Assembly: GCA_963700145.1 (NCBI GenBank)
Contig: OY969474.1
Coordinates: 1,920,001-1,984,000, forward strand
Direction of reading: 5' to 3'
Length of the DNA: 64,000 nucleotides
Source of the DNA: an uncultured Acidobacteriota bacterium
Lineage (GTDB): Bacteria; Acidobacteriota; Thermoanaerobaculia; Multivoradales; UBA5704
Below, piece by piece: positions 1 through 9,517 of this stretch. Numbering within the stretch: position 1 is the first letter of the stretch; the number at the start of each line of letters is the position of its first letter. Below the pieces are notes generated by a model. It was not told the DNA's origin and made no database searches. It saw nothing but the letters and a program-made list of their open reading frames with translations. The position numbers were made by a program, and so were the translations under genes.

Positions 1-2667
1 CGTCCCGATGACAGCCCTCGCCTCCGTGTTCTCCTTCTGGACGATCGTTCCGGCAGGATGCTGCGCCTTCAACTTCGTGCCGGCGACGAAGGTCAGCGTG
101 TTCCCCGCGGCGCTGCCGATCTCATACGGGCCTTCGTGCTGCGCAGGTGAAGCGTGCCGCACGAGAGCGCCGAATGCCTGAGGCGCCGCCAGCCCGGCAC
201 TGAGCTTCAACTTCACGTCCGCGCCCACGACCCTCTTCGGAGGTATCCCGGACAGCGTTTCGTGTGCGGTAACGGCGGTGATCGTGACCTGCTGACCGCC
301 GATGGTGATTTCATCGCCCACTCGAAAGCCGTCGACGTTCGCCACGACGACGCTGGTGGCGCCTGCCGGCGCCTTCTCCACCACCACCGTCTCGCGGCGG
401 CGTCCGACCAGGATCTTGTCGCCGGCGGAGAACCCGGCGGTCGACTCGACGTCCAGCGACAGGGCGTCCAGGTTGCCGACGGTGCGAAGAACGGTTTCCG
501 CGCCGATCAGCAGCGCCTGACGGGGTTGCAGTTGCGCCGCGACCGCGGCGCTGGCCAGGTGGATGAAGCGCGTCTTCGGCTGAGCTTTCACGCTCAGCTT
601 GGTCGAGGAGATGCCGCCCAGGATGAGGAGCCCGTTGGTGTCGGCGATCCTCGTCACCGCCTGCGTGTCGCTGTGGACCCAGAGATTGCGCGCGTCGATG
701 CCGGTGATCTTGAGATCGATCGGCACGGCCGTCCTGCGCAGGATGTCCCGCACTTCCAACCAGGTCAGGGACGGCTTGGCGGAGATCATCAGTGCCGCCA
801 CCGCCGCCGCCTGCGGCGTGGCGGCGGAAGTGCCACCGTAGGTCGCGTCATAGCCCGCCTTGCCGGTGATCAGCTCGGCGCTTGCGTGCGCGGAGGTGAG
901 AGGCTCGTCGAGCATCACCTTGAACGTGCCGGCCGGGTCCTCGCTCTTCGAGACCGCTCGACGCACTTCGGAATTGTCCTCGTCGTCCTTGTCGAGGATC
1001 AGCGCAGGCCTGGGAAGTCCGATGAGCGCGGCGTAGTCGGCGCCGGAGATCTTCAGCTCCTTCTCTCCACCCAAGAGCGGATCGAGGACGACCGCCCGGG
1101 TGTCAGCCGTGCCGGGGAGATCGCCGGAACCGGCGTCGGCGAGTGTTGCTATGCCGCGCAATGCCGGCGGCGAATGCCGGTAGGGGCCGAGGGTAAAGTG
1201 GCTCCGGCTGGGCGCGGCGAAGTCGATGTCCGGCGCGTCCGGAGTCGTCCACGAGCTGTCGGGCATCCGGACCTCGGCGCCGCGATGATCGAGCGACGAC
1301 GCCGCCACCTTCATGACGTTGACGTCCTCACCCCATTCGGATCCGTCCCGCGATTTGCTGTCGTAGTTGTTGGCGGAGACGAAGAACAACGTCCCTCGCC
1401 GGCCCCGCCCGAACATCGAAATATGGCCGAGCGCCTTCTTCAGGGACGGGGACATGGCCGGCAGTGTGTGGCTGCAATTGACGATCGCGGCCCGCAGAAC
1501 TAGCGACGCACCGCCGCCAAGCAAATATGGGAATATTTGCGTGGCTTCATATCCGCCGACACCCTTCTTCCAACCGGGAACGAAGCCGGCGGCGTAAAGA
1601 AAGGCGTGCGCCCACCGCAGATCGGCTGTCTTCGTCCACCGATATGCCGCCACGCGCGTGTTGGCGGCGATGCCGATCGTCCCGTCGGCCTCCCCGGCCG
1701 CCGAAATGAGGCCCGCCACGTTGATCCCATGCGGGTCGTCCACGGCATCGTTGTCGGCCACCATCGGCGCCGACCTCAGGTCGTAGGTGAACACCACCTT
1801 CTGCACCGGGACACCTGCCGGGGTGGTGACGGTGCCTTTGAGCTGCAGATGGTCGACGACACCGCCGCTCGTCTTGATTCCTTCGTCGTGGATCGCCACG
1901 ATCACGAAGGGGTTGCCGTAACTGGCCGACGTCCCATTCGCGTCGAGCTCTGCCCACGCCTCCGCCACCCGCATGAGCGAGTAGTTCCATTGCAGCGGAT
2001 AGAGAAAGTCCTGCGGCTCGACGGCGGTGGTCGTCGGGTCGGCGTGCAGGACGGAGTCGACTCTGCGGATGCCGGGCACCCTCCTGAGCTGTTCCAGCAG
2101 CAGCTCGGGACGATCGGAGGGCTCCTCGACGAGACGGACCAGATAGAGATTCGGCTGCACCGAGTCGCGCAGCTCGACTTTGATGGGGAAATCGGCCAGC
2201 AGCGCTTGCAGGGCCGCGATCGAGATCGGCTCTGCGGTCTCGACGTGCAGGTTGCGCGTCAGGTACAACGGCCGCCCGCCCGCCCACCCGACGAGCGGAC
2301 CGAGGTCCGGACTCTTCTCGGTCTCGCGGGGCGCGAAGGCGCCGGCGCGCGGCGTCAGCTGCCGGAAGTAGACCTTCCGTCCTTCCCGGTAGTAGTAGGA
2401 GTCCCCTTCCCGCCCGAGCATGACGCGCTCCGTCCTCGGGAAGACACGGGCATCGGCTTCGATCGTTTCGGTGAGCAGGCCGGGGGCCTCGACCGTCACC
2501 TGGTAGATCGCAGGCTCGACGTCGAGCTGGTAGCCGAGTAGGCGCTCGTTCCACGTCACCGGCGCCGGGGCGGGGACGCCTTGCCGCTGCAGCGAGACCG
2601 TGGCGTCGCGCACGGGCGCGTTGGCCGCGTCGACGACTTGAACGACGAGCGCACCCTTCTCCGGCAT
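1..2667 (-). CDS. S8 (subtilisin-like) serine peptidase with beta-rich C-terminal domains; 3' end outside window
   Basis: Not in the ORF track, consistent with no stop in the window. Manual translation from ATG 2667 (MPEKGALVVQVVDAANAPVRDATV...) gives the motifs VIVAIHDEGI (Asp), DDPHGINVAGLISAAG (His) and YGGTSAATPQAAAVAAL (Ser). The frame still reads as protein at position 1. Confidence 0.85.
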   Translation of the reverse strand, partial: MPEKGALVVQVVDAANAPVRDATVSLQRQGVPAPAPVTWNERLLGYQLDVEPAIYQVTVEAPGLLTETIEADARVFPRTERVMLGREGDSYYYREGRKVYFRQLTPRAGAFAPRETEKSPDLGPLVGWAGGRPLYLTRNLHVETAEPISIAALQALLADFPIKVELRDSVQPNLYLVRLVEEPSDRPELLLEQLRRVPGIRRVDSVLHADPTTTAVEPQDFLYPLQWNYSLMRVAEAWAELDANGTSASYGNPFVIVAIHDEGIKTSGGVVDHLQLKGTVTTPAGVPVQKVVFTYDLRSAPMVADNDAVDDPHGINVAGLISAAGEADGTIGIAANTRVAAYRWTKTADLRWAHAFLYAAGFVPGWKKGVGGYEATQIFPYLLGGGASLVLRAAIVNCSHTLPAMSPSLKKALGHISMFGRGRRGTLFFVSANNYDSKSRDGSEWGEDVNVMKVAASSLDHRGAEVRMPDSSWTTPDAPDIDFAAPSRSHFTLGPYRHSPPALRGIATLADAGSGDLPGTADTRAVVLDPLLGGEKELKISGADYAALIGLPRPALILDKDDEDNSEVRRAVSKSEDPAGTFKVMLDEPLTSAHASAELITGKAGYDATYGGTSAATPQAAAVAALMISAKPSLTWLEVRDILRRTAVPIDLKITGIDARNLWVHSDTQAVTRIADTNGLLILGGISSTKLSVKAQPKTRFIHLASAAVAAQLQPRQALLIGAETVLRTVGNLDALSLDVESTAGFSAGDKILVGRRRETVVVEKAPAGATSVVVANVDGFRVGDEITIGGQQVTITAVTAHETLSGIPPKRVVGADVKLKLSAGLAAPQAFGALVRHASPAQHEGPYEIGSAAGNTLTFVAGTKLKAQHPAGTIVQKENTEARAVIGT

Positions 2668-2734
2668 CTATTCCGACCTCGAAGGTAAAACCTAATTTTA
2701 GCGTAGCACAGTGAGCCGCTCGACCGCGGCGGCT

Positions 2735-2786
2735 CGTCGAGCGTCCGCGTCGAGTGGCCGACGGTGAAGAGGGTCAATGGGGCCAC
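2735..2786 (-). pseudogene. N-terminal fragment of DUF488-family protein
   Basis: MAPLTLFTVGHSTRTLDE matches the typical DUF488 N-terminus (FTIGHSTR); similarity ends after about 18 codons. Confidence 0.55.
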
Positions 2787-2811
2787 GGGCGCGGCCTCGG
2801 ACGCGGCCCGA

Positions 2812-3226
2812 TCAATGCAACCAAGGGTCGCGGCGATGGTCGTCGACGACGCGGAACCCGCGCTTGCGCCGTAGCCGCCCCATCCGCTGCCGCAACCACC
2901 ACCCCTGCGTCCGCAACCACCACTCGCGCCCGGCGCGCCGGAAGCCGCCCTGCGTCAGCGTCCCCCACACCACTGCGATGGCCGCGCAGATGCCCAGGAA
3001 GCCCGCCAGGTCGTGCGTCTTGAGGAAGCCGATGAAGGCGATCAGCACCTCGATGGTCAGGAACCACTTCGCACGCACCGGGATGCTCAACATCAACATG
3101 ATCGTCGCGTCGCGATACAACGTCGCAAACGCCGCGATCACGATGACGAACAACATGTGCTGCCCCTGCGCCAACACCAGCGACGCCGGCGAAACCTCCC
3201 AAACTTCCGACGTACGACGACTGCAT
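2812..3226 (-). pseudogene. C-terminal fragment of a rhomboid-like/membrane protein
   Basis: Hydrophobic helices (AFATLYRDATIMLMLSIPVRAKWFL) and a basic tail ending RGFRVV...DPWLH; no credible 5' half upstream. Confidence 0.45.
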
Positions 3227-3469
3227 CTGCCAATTGGACGGATCACTGGCGCGGCGCAGCGAGGACCCCAGGGAATCGCTGGTTCATGCGGCGCTCCACG
3301 ACGGGATGGCTCGTCACCTCGCAGAAGACGTGTTCGCTGACAATCCATTTGCACTGCTCGCGGCGCGCGACTTGATCGATGCAGCGCCAGTGGCCCTTCT
3401 GGGCTACATGCGCGATCTCTCCCAAGACCCCGAGCGTGAAAGACGGTTCCGCGCGGCCATTGCAGCGGA

Positions 3470-3813
3470 CGATGAACGCATCCGGCGCGATCGACCGGCC
3501 GACCTACGAGGCCCAGCTCGACAAGCTCAACGAGCAGCTGGCCTTGGCGCGGCTCCGTGCCGTGGATGCCGAGGTCGAGCAGATCGACGCCGAGGGCATC
3601 CTTGGCTTCGCCGAGCACCTCGCCGCGAACGCCTCTCGCCTCTGGGTGGAGTTCAACCTCCGCCAGAAGCAGCGGTTCCAGACGTTCATCTTCCCCGACG
3701 GCGCGAAATACGCCCATGGCGGGTTTTTGAACCCGCGCACGTCCCTGCTGTTCAACGAGATAGCGGAGGAACCAATGCTACTTGTAGGGAATGGTCGGGG
3801 CGAGAGGATTTGA
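3470..3813 (+). pseudogene. C-terminal relic of a large serine recombinase/integrase
   Basis: GAIDRPTYEAQLDKLNEQL...DAEGILGFAEHLAANASRLWVEFNLRQKQRFQTFIFPDG resembles the coiled-coil/C-terminal region of tRNA-targeting large serine recombinases. The frame ends inside the tRNA and the catalytic domain is absent. Confidence 0.6.
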
Positions 3814-3868
3814 ACCTCCGGCCTCACGGTCCCGAACCGTGCGCTCTACCAAGCTGAGCTACGCCCCG
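3792..3868 (-). tRNA. tRNA-Pro (anticodon CGG)
   Basis: Reverse complement CGGGGCGTAGCTCAGCTTGGTAGAGCGCACGGTTCGGGACCGTGAGGCCGGAGGTTCAAATCCTCTCGCCCCGACCA: 77-nt cloverleaf, anticodon arm CACGG-TTCGGGA-CCGTG, GGTTCAA T-loop, encoded CCA. Confidence 0.97.
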
Positions 3869-3972
3869 AACGGGAGACTGCGGCTAGGGCTCGCCTGCCG
3901 CGAAGACCGGCGAGGATAGCGCAGAAGACCCTGCGGTACAATCCGGCCGCTTCCCGCGAGAGGAGGGTCCTG

Positions 3973-5781
3973 ATGTCGATCCGCACCCTGTCGGAGCTGT
4001 TCCTGAAGACCGCCGCCTACGACAAGGCCGAGCATCTGATGCACAAGGTCGGCGGCCGCTACGAGGCGGTCTCGACCGCCGAGCTGGTGGACCGCGTGCG
4101 GCGGCTGGCCAAGGCGCTCCAGGACCTCGGCGTCCAGCCCGGCGAGCGGGTGGGGCTGATGTCGGAGAACGCCCCGCACTGGCCGACGATCGACTTCGCC
4201 GTCCTCTCGCTCGGCGCCGTCGTGGTGCCGATCTACCCCACCCTCCTTCCCGACCAGGCGGCCTTCATCGCCAACGACTGCGGCGCCAAGATCCTCTTCC
4301 TCGAGACCCAGGCGCACCTCGACGGCCTGCTCGGCGAGAGCGCCAACACCCCGGCCGTCGTGCGCTACGTGGCGATCCGCGGCACCTCCAGCGACCCGCG
4401 GGTCACTACCCTCGACGCCCTCCTCGAGGCCGGCGCCGGCGTCGATCCGGCCTGGTTCGAGGAGCGCGCGCGCTCGCCCAAGCCCGAGGACCTCGCCACC
4501 TTCATCTACACCAGCGGCACGACCGGCAAGCCCAAGGGCGTCATGCTCACCCACCACAACATCGCCTCGAACGTCGTGTCGGCGATGGAGGTGCTGCCGG
4601 TCGAGGGGCGCTTCACCGCCCTCTCTTTCCTCCCGCTCTCCCACTCCTTCGAGCGCACCGTCGACTACGCCTACTTCTACAAGGGGTGCACGATCGCCTA
4701 CGCCGAGTCGGTGCAGGCGGTGGCGCAGAACCTCCAGGAGGTCAAGCCGCACGTCTTCGTCTCGGTGCCGCGGGTCTACGAGAAGGTGCTGTCGCGGGTG
4801 CAGGAGAGTGTGGCGACGAGCCCGCCGACCAAGCAGAAGATCTTCGCCTGGGCCAACGCGGTGGGGCGGCAGGCGCTGCCCTGGCGCCTCAAGCTGCAGA
4901 CGCCGCCGGGTCTCCTCGGCTTCAAGCTCAAGCTCGCCGACAAGCTGGTCTTCCACAAGATCCGCGAGCGGCTCGGCGGGCGCTTCCAGTTCGCGCTCTC
5001 GGGCGGCGCGCCGCTCGGCCGCGACGTCGCCGAGTTCTTCTGGGGCGCCGGCATCCCGATCTACGAGGGGTACGGCCTCTCGGAGACCTCGCCGGTCATC
5101 ACCGTCAATCCGCCGGGGAACGTCAAGCTGGGCACCGTCGGCCCGCCGATCCCGGGGGTCGAGACCCGCATCGCCCCCGAGGACGGCGAGATCCTCGCCC
5201 GCGGCCCGAACATCATGAAGGGGTACTGGAACAACCCCGAAGGCACCGCCGAGGTCATCGACCCCGACGGCTGGTTCCACACCGGCGACATCGGCGAGGA
5301 GGACGAGGAGAAGTTCTTGACGATCACCGACCGGAAGAAGGAGCTGATCGTCAACGCCTACGGCAAGAACGTCGCGCCGGCGCCGATCGAGAACGCGCTC
5401 AAGTCCAGCCGCTACATCGGCCAGGCGGTGGTCCTCGGCGACCGCCGGCAGTTCCTCTCCGCCCTCGTCGTCCCCGACTTCGAGGTCCTGCGCTCCTGGG
5501 CGCAGCGGCAGGGGATCGCCGCGGCGGACGACAAGGCCCTGCTCGCCGAGCCGCGCGTGCGCGAGCTGATCGGCAAGGAGGTCGACGCGGTCAACCAGAA
5601 CCTGGCGCACTACGAGCAGATCGTGACCTGGGACCTGCTGCCGAAGGAGTTCACGCTCGAGACCGGCGAGCTGACGCCGACCCAGAAGGTCAAGCGGCGG
5701 GTGGTCAACGAGAAGTACGGCGACGTCATCGACCGCCTCTACGCCGCCGCCGACGCCGGCAAGAAGGCGGCCGCGTCCTAG
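3973..5781 (+). CDS. fadD: Long-chain fatty-acid--CoA ligase (AMP-binding)
   Basis: YTSGTTGKPKG P-loop, YEGYGLSET, WFHTGDIG, ITDRKKELI; SD GGAGG upstream. Confidence 0.93.
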   Translation: MSIRTLSELFLKTAAYDKAEHLMHKVGGRYEAVSTAELVDRVRRLAKALQDLGVQPGERVGLMSENAPHWPTIDFAVLSLGAVVVPIYPTLLPDQAAFIANDCGAKILFLETQAHLDGLLGESANTPAVVRYVAIRGTSSDPRVTTLDALLEAGAGVDPAWFEERARSPKPEDLATFIYTSGTTGKPKGVMLTHHNIASNVVSAMEVLPVEGRFTALSFLPLSHSFERTVDYAYFYKGCTIAYAESVQAVAQNLQEVKPHVFVSVPRVYEKVLSRVQESVATSPPTKQKIFAWANAVGRQALPWRLKLQTPPGLLGFKLKLADKLVFHKIRERLGGRFQFALSGGAPLGRDVAEFFWGAGIPIYEGYGLSETSPVITVNPPGNVKLGTVGPPIPGVETRIAPEDGEILARGPNIMKGYWNNPEGTAEVIDPDGWFHTGDIGEEDEEKFLTITDRKKELIVNAYGKNVAPAPIENALKSSRYIGQAVVLGDRRQFLSALVVPDFEVLRSWAQRQGIAAADDKALLAEPRVRELIGKEVDAVNQNLAHYEQIVTWDLLPKEFTLETGELTPTQKVKRRVVNEKYGDVIDRLYAAADAGKKAAAS

Positions 5782-7967
5782 TGGTCGAGACATCCAACTT
5801 CCACCTGGCGGTCGGCGGCAACCGCCTCGCCACGCTCACCTTCGACGCTCCCGAGCGCAAGGTCAACGTCTTCTCGCGCACGGCGCTGCTCGAGCTCGAG
5901 CGGCTGCTCGCCGAGCTCGCCGGCCGCAGCGACATCGGCTGCCTCGTCCTCCTCTCCGGCAAGGAGACGAGCTTCATCGCCGGCGCCGACCTCGACGAGA
6001 TCGCCCGCGTCACCGACCTGGTCGAAGCCGAAGCCGGGGCGCGCGTCGGGCAGCGCCTCTTCGCCGCCTGGGAGGCGCTCCCCTTCCCCACCGTGGCGGC
6101 GATCCGCGGCATCTGCCTGGGCGGCGGCACCGAGATCTCCTTGGCCTCCACCTTCCGCGTGGCGAGCGATCGGGCGGACACCCGCATCGGCCTGCCGGAG
6201 GTGCGGCTGGGCATCCTCCCCGCCTGGGGGGGCTCGGTGCGGCTGCCGCGGCGGATCGGCGTCACCGCGGCGCTCGACATGATCCTGACCGGCAAGACCG
6301 TCTCCGGGCGCAGCGCGCTCAAGAGCGGCCTCGTCGACGCGCTCCTCCCCGAGGCGCGCTTCTTCGACCTGGTGCGCGACTTCGCCCTGGCGCGCCTCGA
6401 CCGCGGCGCCGGCAAGCCGCGCAAGGAGGCCGGCGGGGAGGCGCACGGCGGCGGCGGCTGGAAGGGCCTGCTGCTCGAGAAGAACCCGCTGGGGAGGAAG
6501 ATCGTCTTCGACCAGGCGCGGAAGAAGACCCTGGAGCAGACCAAGGGGCACTACCCGGCGCCGCTGCGGGCGCTGGAGGTGGTGCGGATCGGGGTCGAGG
6601 ACAGGCCGCGCGCCGGCTTCGACGCCGAGGCGCGGGCCGTCGCCGAGCTCGCCACCGGCCGCGTGTCGAAAAACCTCGTGCACGTCTTCCGGCTGACCGA
6701 GGAGTCCAAGAAGGACCCCGGGCTGCCAGGCGGCGAGGCGCGGCCGGTGCGCGCGGTGGCAGTGCTCGGGGCGGGCACCATGGGCGGCGGCATCGCCCAG
6801 CTCGTGGCGCAGGAGGCGGGCGTGCCGGTGCGGCTCAAGGACGTGGACGCCGGCGCCCTGGCCCGCGGCATGGAGCACGCCGCCGGGCTCTTCGACCGCC
6901 TGGTCAAGAAGCGCCGCCTCTCGCGCGCCGAGGAGCGGCGGCGGCTGGCGCTCATCCAGCCCACCCTCGACTACTCGGGCTTCGGCCGCGCCGACCTGGT
7001 CATCGAGGCGATCGTCGAAAAGCTCCCCGTCAAGCAGGCGGTCTTCGCCGAGGCGGCGGCGGTGGTGCCGGAGACGGCGATCCTGGCCTCCAACACCTCG
7101 TCGCTGCCGATCGCCGCCATCGGCGAGAAGGTGCCGCGGCGCGAGCGCGTCGTCGGCATGCACTTCTTCAACCCCGTCCACCGCATGCCGCTCATCGAGG
7201 TGATCGCCGCCGAGACGACAGGCGCCACCGCGGTCAACACCGTCTTCGCCTTCGCCCGCCGCCTCGGCAAGACGCCGGTGCTGGTCAAGGACACGCCGGG
7301 CTTTCTGGTCAACCGCCTGCTGATGGTCTACTCGGCCGAGGCGCTCTGGCTCCTCGACGAGGGGCACTCGATCGAGGACGTGGACCGCGCGATGGTCGAG
7401 TGGGGGATGCCGATAGGGCCGCTGGCCCTCACCGACGAGGTGGGGATCGACGTCGCCGGCCACGTCGCCCGCTTCCTCCAGGAGTCGTTCCCCGACCGCG
7501 TCTCGCTGCCCGCCTGGCTGGAGAAGGCCGCCGCGCCCGACCGCCTGGGCACCAAGACCGGCCGCGGCTTCTACCGCTACGACGGGCGCGAGCGGAAGGA
7601 CCCCGACCCGGCGGTCTACGAGCTGCTGGGCCTCTCGCCGCGCGTCCAGTCCCCCGACCCCGGGCTCCTCGCCGACCGCATGGTGCTGCCGATGGTCAAC
7701 GAGGCCGCCCGCTGCCTCGCCGAGGGGGTGGTACGCAGCGCCGCCGAGCTCGACGTCGCGATGATCTTCGGCACCGGCTTCCCGCCCTTCCGCGGCGGCC
7801 TCTGCCGCTGGGCCGACCAGGAGGGGGTGGACACCCTCGTCGCCACCCTGGAGCGGCTGGAGAGCGCGGTCTCCGAGCGCTACCGTCCGTCGGAGGCGCT
7901 GCGCGAGACGGCCGCCGCGGGAGGCTTCTACGCGCGCTTCCCAACGGGCGGCCCTGTCCCCTCCTGA
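5781..7967 (+). CDS. fadJ: Fatty-acid oxidation complex alpha subunit (enoyl-CoA hydratase/3-hydroxyacyl-CoA dehydrogenase), FadJ/FadB-like
   Basis: FIAGADL, CLGGGTE, GLPEVRLGILP, GAGTMGGGI, ASNTSSL, GMHFFNPV. GTG start overlaps the fadD TAG. Confidence 0.9.
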   Translation: MVETSNFHLAVGGNRLATLTFDAPERKVNVFSRTALLELERLLAELAGRSDIGCLVLLSGKETSFIAGADLDEIARVTDLVEAEAGARVGQRLFAAWEALPFPTVAAIRGICLGGGTEISLASTFRVASDRADTRIGLPEVRLGILPAWGGSVRLPRRIGVTAALDMILTGKTVSGRSALKSGLVDALLPEARFFDLVRDFALARLDRGAGKPRKEAGGEAHGGGGWKGLLLEKNPLGRKIVFDQARKKTLEQTKGHYPAPLRALEVVRIGVEDRPRAGFDAEARAVAELATGRVSKNLVHVFRLTEESKKDPGLPGGEARPVRAVAVLGAGTMGGGIAQLVAQEAGVPVRLKDVDAGALARGMEHAAGLFDRLVKKRRLSRAEERRRLALIQPTLDYSGFGRADLVIEAIVEKLPVKQAVFAEAAAVVPETAILASNTSSLPIAAIGEKVPRRERVVGMHFFNPVHRMPLIEVIAAETTGATAVNTVFAFARRLGKTPVLVKDTPGFLVNRLLMVYSAEALWLLDEGHSIEDVDRAMVEWGMPIGPLALTDEVGIDVAGHVARFLQESFPDRVSLPAWLEKAAAPDRLGTKTGRGFYRYDGRERKDPDPAVYELLGLSPRVQSPDPGLLADRMVLPMVNEAARCLAEGVVRSAAELDVAMIFGTGFPPFRGGLCRWADQEGVDTLVATLERLESAVSERYRPSEALRETAAAGGFYARFPTGGPVPS

Positions 7968-8044
7968 GGACGAGCCGGGGGCGCCCGGCGGGCTGAACCG
8001 CTGGTCTACCCCTTGCTACTCACTAGTCTGAAAGGAGGATCGCC

Positions 8045-9151
8045 ATGATCCGATGGAAACGCGCTACGCCTCTCGCTTTGGCGGCGGTGCTCCTGGCCCC
8101 GCTCGCCGTGGCCGCGCAGCAGGAGCCGCCGGCCGGCGAGGTTCGCGAGCAGGTCGAGGTCACCGAGGTGCTCCTCGACGTGCTGGTGACCGACTCCCGC
8201 GGCAACGTCATCCTCGGCCTGGACGAGAGCGACTTCGTGGTCACCGAGGACGGCAAGCCGATCGAGCTGACCGACGCCGTCTTCTACTCCAACCGCCGGC
8301 TGCTCGACCCGCCGGTGGCCGCCGCCAACGTCCGCCGTCCCGAGGTCTCGCAGGGGACCGAGGACCGTTACTTCATCCTCTTCCTCGACGACCAGCGCAG
8401 CGCCGCCCTCGAGGCGCCGAGCCTGCTGACGCAGCAGATGGAGGCGGTGCGGCGGGCCCGCGAGTGGGTGGCGACCGAGCTCGTCCCCGGCGACCACGTC
8501 GCGGTGGTGAGCTACGACAAGAAGCTGAAGGTCCACCAGGACTTCACCGCCGACCGCCAGGCGCTCGACGCGGCGCTCAAGGCGGCCGGCAAGGGCAAGG
8601 ACGACGACGGCAACTGGCCGTCGCGGATCGAAGGCCAGGTCGGCACCTCGCTGCGCGCCGCCCTGCCGCGCGGCGACGAGCTGCGCGACCGCACGGCCAA
8701 CATCTACGAGGCGCTGCAGGTGCTGGGCGAGGCCGCCGGCGCCGTCCGCGGCCGCAAGAACCTGCTCTACCTGGGCATCGGCTTCGGCCGCATCAACAAC
8801 TTCGGCCAGTACACGCCGGACCCGCGCTACTACGACGACACGGTGCGGGCGCTCAACGACAACAACGTCGCCTTCTACGCCCTCGACCTGACGCCGGCGG
8901 GGACCCAGCACGTGCTCGCCGACGCGCTCAACCAGATCTCGGGCGACACCGGCGGCAAGTACTACTTCAACACCGTCAACTTCTTGACCCCGCTGCGCCA
9001 GGTCTCGGAGGAGAACAGCGGTTACTACCTGCTGAGCTATAAGGCCACCCACCCGGCGGGCGCCAAGGGCTTCCAGCGGGTGCAGGTGCACACCGCGAAC
9101 CCCGAGTTCCGCCTGCGGGCGCGCGAAGGGTACGTATTCGGGGAGAGTTGA
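8045..9151 (+). CDS. Secreted VWA-domain protein, Acidobacterial type
   Basis: Signal peptide; VLLDVLVTDSRGNVILGLDESDFVVTEDGK N-terminus, GRKNLLYL, TGGKYY, YYLLSY, LRAREGY; SD AAGGAGG. Confidence 0.85.
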   Translation: MIRWKRATPLALAAVLLAPLAVAAQQEPPAGEVREQVEVTEVLLDVLVTDSRGNVILGLDESDFVVTEDGKPIELTDAVFYSNRRLLDPPVAAANVRRPEVSQGTEDRYFILFLDDQRSAALEAPSLLTQQMEAVRRAREWVATELVPGDHVAVVSYDKKLKVHQDFTADRQALDAALKAAGKGKDDDGNWPSRIEGQVGTSLRAALPRGDELRDRTANIYEALQVLGEAAGAVRGRKNLLYLGIGFGRINNFGQYTPDPRYYDDTVRALNDNNVAFYALDLTPAGTQHVLADALNQISGDTGGKYYFNTVNFLTPLRQVSEENSGYYLLSYKATHPAGAKGFQRVQVHTANPEFRLRAREGYVFGES

Positions 9152-9500
9152 GTAAGTAGAGGACAGCGGACGCCTCGGCGGCCGGCGATTGGGCTGGGTC
9201 GGCCGCCCGAGTGCGTAAGTAGAGGACCAAAACCGCTTCGCGCCCGGCCGATTGCGTAAGTTGAGGACCGAATGGGCTGGGTCTGCGGCTCAACTGCGTA
9301 AGTTGAGGACGAAACCCAGCCAGTCGGCCGGACGAACCGCGTAGGTTGAGGACCAAAACCGCCATTTCGGCACCCGACCCACCCCAAACGCCCGGCAAAC
9401 CGCGTAGGTTGAGGACCGCGAAGCCCCAATCATCCGCCGAACCGCGTAAGTAGAGGACAGGAGCGCCCCATCGGAGCGCCGAACCGCGTAAGTTGAGGAC
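9150..9500. repeat. Array of 8 short (15-bp) direct repeats GCGTA(A/G)GT(T/A)GAGGAC with variable spacers
   Basis: Copies start at 9150 (GAGTA variant), 9213, 9254, 9296, 9339, 9402, 9444 and 9486; spacings 63, 41, 42, 43, 63, 42, 42. Confidence 0.92.
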
Positions 9501-9517
9501 AGCCTCACTTGCCTGGG

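Noticed and set aside
154-2554. Long ORFs 154-1503(+), 1537-2541(+) and 1547-2554(-)
   Set aside because: Shadow frames of the minus-strand subtilase; Arg-rich with no motifs.
4686-5780. N-terminal 365 aa of the 1093-aa ORF
   Set aside because: An alternative frame over fadD; the real gene starts at GTG 5781.
9150-9500. Canonical CRISPR array
   Set aside because: The repeat is only 15-20 bp and non-palindromic, spacer lengths are irregular with shared sub-sequences, and there is no leader or cas gene. Kept as an unexplained repeat array.
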